Part shown: positions 56,573 through 64,000 of the stretch, one piece after another
Layout of the letters: the number at the start of each line of letters is the position of its first letter
How positions within the stretch are numbered: the first letter of the stretch is position 1
From: Octopus vulgaris
Taxonomy: Eukaryota
Assembly: GCA_951406725.2 (NCBI GenBank)
Contig: OX597837.1
Location: 7,936,001 to 8,000,000, forward strand
Length of the DNA stretch: 64,000 nucleotides
Direction: 5' to 3'
Notes under the pieces: generated by a model
The model's input: the letters and a program-made list of their open reading frames with translations, nothing else
Told to the model about the DNA's origin: nothing
Databases searched by the model: none
Translations under genes and position numbers: made by a program

Positions 56573-58771
56573 ATGGAGCGGTTCAACTTCTCCAGGCGCC
56601 AACGCCGCCTCAACATCTCCCCGGCTGAGCTCTTGGCTCTTCGTTCCCTCCAACGGCGCGCTGACATTATCATCAAACCGGCTGACAAGGGTGGAGCTGT
56701 AGTGGTGTGGCGCGCGGACCTCTATAGGGCCGAGGCTTTCCGCCAACTCAATGACACCTCCTTCTACTCCCCTCTGCCCTCTAACCCCACACGTAGCTAC
56801 CAACAGACGGTATCCTCTACTGTCCGCGACCTCATCTCGTCCTCCCGTCTCCCCCACACCGCATCCAATCTAATTGTGCGAACCCCACGTACCCCCACCA
56901 TTTACTTCCTCCCCAAAATCCACAAACCCAACAACCCTGGCCGCCCCATCGTCTCCGCCTGTAACTGCCCCACGGAGCTCATCTCTAAATACCTCGACCG
57001 TGTCCTTGCCCCCCTAGTGGCATCTCTTCCCTCCCACATCCACGATACCAACCATGCTCTCCGGCTTTTCAACTCTTTCTCCTTTCCTCCCGGCTCCTCC
57101 AAAATCCTTTTTACTATGGACATCCAAAGCCTCTATACTGTTATCCCTCACCACGAAGGACTGCAGGCCCTTCGACACTTTCTTGACCTCCGCTCCAACC
57201 CTGTACCTGACACCTCCACACTCATTCGTCTGGCCGAACTTGTCCTTACTCTGAACTGCTTCTCGTTCGCGGGCGAGTTCTACCATCAGGTCTCGGGAGT
57301 GGCCATGGGAACGCGAATGGGCCCCAACTATGCGAACCTGTTCGTTGGCTATGTTGAGGCCCAAATATTCTCTAATTTCACTGGTCCCACTCCTGAACTA
57401 TATGGTCGTTACATTGACGACATTATCGGTGCCACCTCACTCTCCCGTGAACATCTAGATTCCTTCCTCTCTTTCGTCCAATCTTTCCATCCAGCCCTCC
57501 ACTTCACTTCCACTATCTCCAACACCTCTGTCTCCTTCCTCGACATTTCGGTTAGCATTCTTCACTCCACTCTTACCACCTCCATTCACTACAAACACAC
57601 AGACTCACACTCATACCTCAACTTCTCTTCCTCCCACCCAGAACACACCAAGCTTTCCATCCCCTATTCCCAATTCCTCCGTCTACGTAGGCTCTGTAGT
57701 GACGACCATGACTTTGAGACTCAGTCTCAACGTATGGCTCACCACTTCACCCTACGTGGATACCCCCTCACCACTATCCACACCGCCCTTGCCAGAGCAC
57801 GGTCCGTGGACCGTGTATCTGCTCTCTCTCCCCGAACCCGCCCTGTAGTCTCCCGCCTCCCTTTTCCCCTCACTTACCACCCCACGACCCTACGTCTCCA
57901 ACGCACCATTCTTCGAGCTTTCCGTCATCTCCAGTCCGACCCGTCCACTTCACACCTCTTCCCTAACCGACCCCTCCCCTCTTTCAAACGAGCCCACAAC
58001 CTTCGAGACCTTTTGGTCCATAGCTCCTTCCCTGACCCTACCTCCCAACCCGGCTCGTTCCCCTGCTCCCGCCCACGTTGCCGCACTTGCCCTTACCTCT
58101 CCAACACCACCCTCCTCACTAGCACCCATCATCGACCCTATCCCATCATCCACTCCTTCACCTGCACCTCCAGCAATATTATCTATTGCGTCTCTTGCTC
58201 TCTCTGCCATTCCTTGTACATCGGACAAACGGGACGCCGCTTGGCTGACCGGTTCGCGGAACACCTTCGTGACATCCACCTTGCGAACGACACACCGGTC
58301 TCTCGCCATTTCCGCTCCACCGGTCACTCCTTGCAACACCTATCTGTGTTCGGTTTGTCCTTACACAGAGGCCATCCGGATTCCCGTTTGCGCCGTGAAC
58401 AGGAATTAATCTTCTCTCTTCGCTCTTATACGCCATTTGGTCTCAACTCTCCCCCCTCCTCATCTAACCCCCTCTCCCCCCTCCTCACCTACCTTTCCCC
58501 CGACCCCTACTTCTTCAGTCCTTCATCCTTTCACCCCTACTCCCTTCCCTTCTTCCCTCTTTCTCCCTCCCTCCTTCCCTCTTCCCCTTCCCTCTGCTCC
58601 CTCACTCCCCTTCTCTCTCCCCCTCTCCCTCTTTCCTCCTTCCTCCTCCCCTCCTCCTCCCCTTCCTTCTCCCCCTCCTCTCCTCCCCCTCTTCTCCTCC
58701 CCCTCTTCTCCTCTCTCCACACTACACCACATGACTTTACACATCACATCATATATGATGTGCCATACTAA
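56573..58771 (+). CDS. Penelope-like element RT / GIY-YIG endonuclease ORF (Neptune-like), 5'-truncated; homology ends near 58446 (PFGLN) and the rest is low-complexity extension
   Basis: IIIKPADKGGAVVV, YFLPKIHK, GRPIVS, TMDIQSLYT, GVAMGTRMGPNYANLF, YGRYIDD, linker CSRPRCRTC, NIIYCVSCSLCHSLYIGQTGRRLADRFAEH, REQELI. Confidence 0.95.
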   Translation: MERFNFSRRQRRLNISPAELLALRSLQRRADIIIKPADKGGAVVVWRADLYRAEAFRQLNDTSFYSPLPSNPTRSYQQTVSSTVRDLISSSRLPHTASNLIVRTPRTPTIYFLPKIHKPNNPGRPIVSACNCPTELISKYLDRVLAPLVASLPSHIHDTNHALRLFNSFSFPPGSSKILFTMDIQSLYTVIPHHEGLQALRHFLDLRSNPVPDTSTLIRLAELVLTLNCFSFAGEFYHQVSGVAMGTRMGPNYANLFVGYVEAQIFSNFTGPTPELYGRYIDDIIGATSLSREHLDSFLSFVQSFHPALHFTSTISNTSVSFLDISVSILHSTLTTSIHYKHTDSHSYLNFSSSHPEHTKLSIPYSQFLRLRRLCSDDHDFETQSQRMAHHFTLRGYPLTTIHTALARARSVDRVSALSPRTRPVVSRLPFPLTYHPTTLRLQRTILRAFRHLQSDPSTSHLFPNRPLPSFKRAHNLRDLLVHSSFPDPTSQPGSFPCSRPRCRTCPYLSNTTLLTSTHHRPYPIIHSFTCTSSNIIYCVSCSLCHSLYIGQTGRRLADRFAEHLRDIHLANDTPVSRHFRSTGHSLQHLSVFGLSLHRGHPDSRLRREQELIFSLRSYTPFGLNSPPSSSNPLSPLLTYLSPDPYFFSPSSFHPYSLPFFPLSPSLLPSSPSLCSLTPLLSPPLPLSSFLLPSSSPSFSPSSPPPLLLPLFSSLHTTPHDFTHHIIYDVPY

Positions 58772-59087
58772 TACATACACCAACTAATACATACTAATAC
58801 ATACTAATACATACACCAACCCTATACATACACCAACCCTATACACACACCAACCCTATACATACACACGTCCAGACCTCTCATACGCACTAATACTCTC
58901 TCATACATACACACACACCCTTATGTTGGAGCTGGTCACTCAACCCTATTATCTCCCCTAATTTCGCTCTCGCGTCTCATGTTTGATCTTTGACTTCTGG
59001 CCGAAATCAGATCGCCATGTTGATTCGTTAGTTACTGCACGCATTTTTTTTCTCTCCTTCTTTCTGTGTTTTTTTTCTCTCTGTGTA

Positions 59088-59125
59088 TCTTTCTGTTGAA
59101 GAGCGTAGGCTCGAAACGTTAAAGA
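59088..59125 (+). ncRNA. Minimal hammerhead motif of the PLE 3' end with a variant core (CUGUUGA)
   Basis: TCTTT-CTGTTGA-A-GAGC-gtag-GCTC-GAAA-CG-TT-AAAGA; the same core variant occurs at 2522-2559. Confidence 0.65.
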
Positions 59126-59222
59126 CTTGTTTTATTTATATTTCCTGAGCGCCATACTAATACAATTGTTTGTTTGTTTTCCACCTGCCTTCGTCTTTTG
59201 TCTATTTTCATAAAGCTTCCCG

Positions 59223-59263
<41 letters not shown>

Positions 59264-59269
<6 letters not shown>

Positions 59270-59652
59270 TATGTATGTATGTATATAGACACATACAGTT
59301 ACACATGCACATACGAATCATACACACACATATATACGCACACACCCATATACATATACGCACCACACACACACACACATACACATATAAATCCTAAATT
59401 CACGTCATTTGAAAGTCAGTTTAAAAAATCCCAATGGAACATTTACTAGTGGAACGACCCCACAACAGGGGTAGAGTCATGTTCCATTGGGATTTTTTAA
59501 ACTGACTTTCAAATGACGTGAATTTAGGATTTATATGTGTATGTGTGTGTGTGTGGTGGTGCGTATATGTATATGGGTGTGTGCGTATATATGTGTGTGT
59601 ATGATTCGTATGTGCATGTGTGACTGTGTGTGTCTATATATATACATACATA

Positions 59653-59658
<6 letters not shown>
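59264..59658. repeat. Palindrome with ~180-bp arms and a 36-nt loop (59443-59478), flanked by (TA)n
   Basis: ...tcctaaattcacgtcatttgaaagtcagtttaaaaaatcccaatggaacat / atgttccattgggattttttaaactgactttcaaatgacgtgaatttagga... Confidence 0.9.
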
Positions 59659-59688
<30 letters not shown>

Positions 59689-59777
59689 TCTATATACACA
59701 TACATATGTATATACACATGCGCACATACTTGCATATCCATATACATATATGTATATATATATATATACATGTGTAT

Positions 59778-59813
<36 letters not shown>

Positions 59814-59919
59814 ATATACATGTATGTATACACATATATGTATCATATATGCATACATACATCTGTATATATGTATGTATTTATATACATATACATCCAT
59901 CCTTCCATACATACGTACA

Positions 59920-59986
<67 letters not shown>

Positions 59987-60309
59987 CTTGCAGCTATCTA
60001 AACACCTGTATATTTTCTAATCAGTGATTTGAACAAAGCCGTAATGGAAATATGTTTGAACGAAAAAAAATTTTAAAAAAGGAAGACTCTTCTTTTTTTT
60101 TTTAGTACGGCTTCTGGGTGTAATGGTAGTGGTTGTAGTGGCAGTAGTGGTGATGGTGGTGGTTGTAGTAGCTGTGGTGGTTACCATAATATATATGGTG
60201 GAGAAACAAATATATCACAGCAAAAATATATTACAAATCAACCGACACACACATTGTATATGTGTGTGTGAGAGCGTGAGTGTGTGTGTGTGTTTTATTC
60301 TTTAGTATC

Positions 60310-60760
60310 TTTTTGTGGTCATTAAGTGTTATTTCCTACTTACTTCTATCTAGAAATCAAAGTAAATGACTACTGTTCCCTTCAAACTTTGCTTTTGTGA
60401 CCTGGACATCCGATGTTTTGAAACTGACCAATTTTCCATTACATTTCAAACAGATTCAGCGTTGAATTGCTGGAGCAGAAATATCGTTAAAGAAAATATT
60501 CTGTTTAAAGCCACAGATTTGTTTGTTTTCCTTGGTCAGTAAGTGTTACTTTCTACTTGCTTCTATCTAAAAATCAAAAGAAATTACTATAATTCCCTTC
60601 AAAGGTTTTTTTTTCTAACTGGACATCTGTTTTAAACTGGACATCCTCTTTAAGCTGGACATCGATATTTTGAAACTGACCAATTTTCCATTACATTTCA
60701 AACAGATTCAGTGCTGAGTTGCTAACGCAAAGATATCGTTCTAGCAAATATTCTGCTCAA
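60310..60760. repeat. Tandem duplication (~220-240 bp unit)
   Basis: ctggacatc...ttttgaaactgaccaattttccattacatttcaaacagattcag occurs twice. Confidence 0.7.
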
Positions 60761-61548
60761 TAACTATTTCTTTACTACCCACAAGGGGCTAAACACAGAG
60801 AAGACAAACAAGGACAGACAATGGGATTAAGTCGATTATATCGACTCCAGTGCGTAACTGCTACTTATTTAATCGACCCCGAAAGGATGAAAGGCAAAGT
60901 CGACCGCGGCGGAATTTGAACTCAGAACGTAGCGGCAGACGAAATACCGCTAAGCGTTTCGCCCGGCGTGCTCACGTTTCTGCCAGCTCGCCGCCTAACA
61001 AGTAAACCTGGTCAATACCACAAGTTTACTTGTCAGTTGTTTGACCTTAACCAGATGAGCGTTTCCGTTGGTGGCCGACCATATGTGTATCTCTGATGAG
61101 GAGCAGGAGTATTACTCTCTCTCTCTCTCTCTCTCTTTTACACTTTTACTTGTTTCAGTTATTTGACTGTGGCCATGCTGGAGCACTGCCTTTAGTCGAG
61201 CAAATCGACCCCAGGACTTATTCATTGTAAGAATAGTACTTATTCTATCGCTCTCTTTTGCCGAACCGCTAAGTTACGGGGACGTAAGCACACCAGCATC
61301 GGTTGTCAAGCGATGTTGGGTGGGGGACAAACACAGACACAAACATATACACACACATACATATATATACATACATATACAAATATACGACGGGCCTCTT
61401 TCAGTTTCCGTCTACCAAATCCACTCAGAAGGCTTTGGTCAGCCCGAGGCTATAGTAGAACGCACTTGCCCAGGGTGCCACGCAATGGGACTGAACCCGG
61501 AACCATGTGGTTCGTAAGCAAGCTACTTACCATACAGCCACTCCTACG

Positions 61549-61592
<44 letters not shown>

Positions 61593-61664
61593 GGGAGTAA
61601 ATCGAAACTTACAGGGAAAAATTAGATTTAGGATTAAATCTAATTTTACAGTATAAATATATAA

Positions 61665-61921
61665 ATTAAATTAGAGATAAAACCACTATTAGGCAAGTCA
61701 AACAGTGAAAAACATAAACCGAAACATAGAAATAAAGTTAATTAATATAATATACAAAATATATAAAATATAAAATTCAAAATTTAAAATTTTAAATTTA
61801 GAATTTAAATTTTGAATTTTATATTTTATATATTTTGTATATTATATTAATTAATATTATTTCTATGTTTTGGTTTATGTTTTTCACTGTTTGATTTGCC
61901 TAATAGTGGTTTGATCTCTAA

Positions 61922-61927
<6 letters not shown>
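61665..61927. repeat. AT-rich imperfect palindrome, ~130-bp arms, almost no loop, between (TA)n tracts
   Basis: attaaattagagataaaaccactattaggcaagtcaaacagtgaaaaacataaacc... mirrored by ...ggtttatgtttttcactgtttgatttgcctaatagtggtttgatctctaatttaat. Confidence 0.85.
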
Positions 61928-61978
<51 letters not shown>

Positions 61979-62037
61979 AACACACAGAAGGAGGAGGGGG
62001 AAAAGAGGGCTTAAGGGTCACATCTCTCACTCTCACA

Positions 62038-62081
<44 letters not shown>

Positions 62082-62681
62082 GTATCTATCTATATACGGT
62101 CATTATATACCTCATACTTTCCTCATACATAATACCGAACCAAGCAAATTATCACGTGACGAGATGGGTAGTCTTTTTCTTTGACAATTATGATAGAGTC
62201 ACCAAATTCACCCTCAAATTTGGTTTTAAAGTTACTCGTCAGTTCGGTTCCCAAATCAAATTACTAACATTGTTCGAAGATAATCAAAACCATTATGTTC
62301 TATCAGAATGTCAACGAATCCCAGAAGACTAAAATTTTTACGAAATTGACCAATAAACCTATTAAAGATGTCTCCCAAACACCATTAGACTAGCGTAAAA
62401 GATGCAAACTCACGAACATCATCGCGAAATGTAGAAAGCGCATGATATATCTTTCTTTGTCTTTTACTTGTTTCAGTCATTCGACCGTGGCCATACTGAG
62501 GCACCGCCTTGAAGAATTCTTTGTTGAATGGTTCGACTCCAGTCCGTATTTATTCTTATTTGAGGCCTGGTAAATATTCTATCGGTCTCTTTTTAGTGGA
62601 ACAAACACAGACACAAACACACATTCACTCTCTCTCTCTGTCACTGTCTGTCTTGCTCAGTTTCTCAATATATATATATAT

Positions 62682-63108
62682 ATAACAAAAGGGACATTAG
62701 CCATTTGAATGTGGCTAGGGACAGGGCAGGGCGGTGGGGGTGTTACTGTTGCATTTAGCCCCAGGCGAACATCAACGTCACCAGAAAGGCTTGACACCAT
62801 CACGGCGTCCTCTATCCTGCAAAGGGAGATCATCTACCGAAGAAGCGGAAGCCACATACGGACCCAGGTTTCGAGGTGTTTGCCTCTCGTCAACGTATGG
62901 TAGGCATCGCCTTTCGATGAACGACTCTCCATATGTGGCTTCCGCTTCTTCGGTGGATGATCTCCCTTTGCAGGATAGAGGACGCCGTGATGGTGTCAAG
63001 CCTTTCTGGTGACGTTGATGTTCGCCTGGGGCTAAATGAAACAGTAACACCCCCACCGCCCTGCCCTGTCCCTAGCCACATTCAAATGGCTAATGTCCCT
63101 TTTGTTAT
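62682..63108. repeat. Foldback element: 181-bp arms (62682-62862 / 62928-63108, about 3 mismatches) and a 65-nt loop
   Basis: Direct reverse-complement comparison; the left end abuts (TA)n. Confidence 0.95.
62855..62899 (-). ncRNA. Type I hammerhead ribozyme in the foldback loop; predicted cleavage between 62861 and 62860
   Basis: CATACG-TTGACGA-GAGG-caaaca-CCTC-GAAAC-CTGG-GTC^CGTATG; perfect 6-bp stem I, 4-bp stem II, GUC triplet, C3U core variant. Confidence 0.8.
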
Positions 63109-63150
63109 GGAGCAGTTACTGTCTATATCTCATTTAGAGAATTATTATTG

Positions 63151-63217
<67 letters not shown>

Positions 63218-63558
63218 AAGGCTTATGGCTCAGTGCCAAGAGCGTCGAGCTTACGATCGTGAGGTTGTGAGTTCGAATCCCGCACAGGGCTGCGTGTTGT
63301 GTTCTTGAGCAAGACACTATATTTCACGTTGCTGCTCCAGTTCACTCAACTGTAGAAATGAGTTGCGATGTCACAGGTGCCAAGCTGTATCGGACCCTTT
63401 GCCTTTCCCTTGGATAACATGGGTGGCGTGGAGAGGGGAGGCCGGTATGCATGGGCGACTGCTGGTCTTCCATAAACAACCTTGCCCGGACTTGTGACTG
63501 GGAGGGAAACTTTCTAGGTGCAATCCCATGGTCAGTCATGACCGAAGGGAGTCTCAGA

Positions 63559-63635
<77 letters not shown>

Positions 63636-63726
63636 GTTTATCAATTTGTGTTAGAAGATTTCTGAGGTGAAATCATGTGTTGAAACAGATATTGTTGTAT
63701 TTCGGGATGGTCATTTCTTTTTCTTT

Positions 63727-63972
63727 TTTGCCAAATAAACTCACGCACTACATGTTTGTTCTTCACTCGTTTGTCCATTGTCCGGAAATATTTCCTCTTT
63801 CGTCACACAGAATGGAGTAAGCAGAGCAAGAGCACACACACGAAAACGCAAAGTGTCGCTGAAGAGGTCACAGATGTGTGACGACAGATTTCCGGACAGT
63901 GGACATGAGTTAAAATAAGAACAGTAATAAACGAGTGAAGCGCAAATATATAGCGCGTGTTTATTTGGCAAA
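63727..63972. mobile_element. MITE-like imperfect foldback
   Basis: tttgccaaataaac...cttcactcgttt...gtccattgtccggaaat...tcgtcacaca mirrored by tgtgtgacga...atttccggacagtggac...aaacgagtgaag...gtttatttggcaaa. Confidence 0.6.
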
Positions 63973-64000
63973 ATAATAAAAAAAATTGCTGTGTGGTAAG

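Larger units (their letters stand above)
56573..59224 (+). mobile_element. Penelope-like retrotransposon inserted in the (TA)n tract of a SINE; 3' pseudo-LTR contains an HHR
   Basis: 5' junction cccgtcgtatat|atggag; 3' end aagcttcccgtt|(TA)n; terminal ~210 bp is repeated at 2423-2624. Confidence 0.9.

Noticed and set aside
57950-58787. Antisense and alternative-frame ORFs over the PLE
   Set aside because: Shadows of the C-rich RT/EN ORF and its pyrimidine tract
63855-63897. CTGAAGA-GGTCACA..TGTGAC-GACA motif
   Set aside because: GAAA is broken and the pairing is explained by the MITE's internal inverted repeats

Overview
AT-rich, microsatellite-saturated eukaryotic DNA; the SINE families look like those of octopus (inference). 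Almost all ORFs in the track are microsatellite or SINE read-throughs. Supported coding content: a 5'-truncated but open Penelope-like retroelement (PLE; RT + Cys linker + GIY-YIG, Neptune-like, 56573-59224), one probable 1095-nt phase-0/0 host exon encoding a low-complexity protein segment (minus strand, 22016-23110), and decayed Tc1/mariner, Tigger/pogo and hAT transposase fragments. The most notable signal is not in the ORF track: about a dozen minimal type I hammerhead ribozyme (HHR) motifs from at least six sequence families. Most lie in short PLE-like 3' ends that abut (TA)n. They include a U3:A8 covariant core, a tRNA-headed SINE-like unit carrying an HHR, and a 181-bp foldback whose arm starts at the HHR cleavage site. 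Four long inverted duplications cluster within 9 kb of the PLE. All ribozyme calls come from manual folding and are untested.
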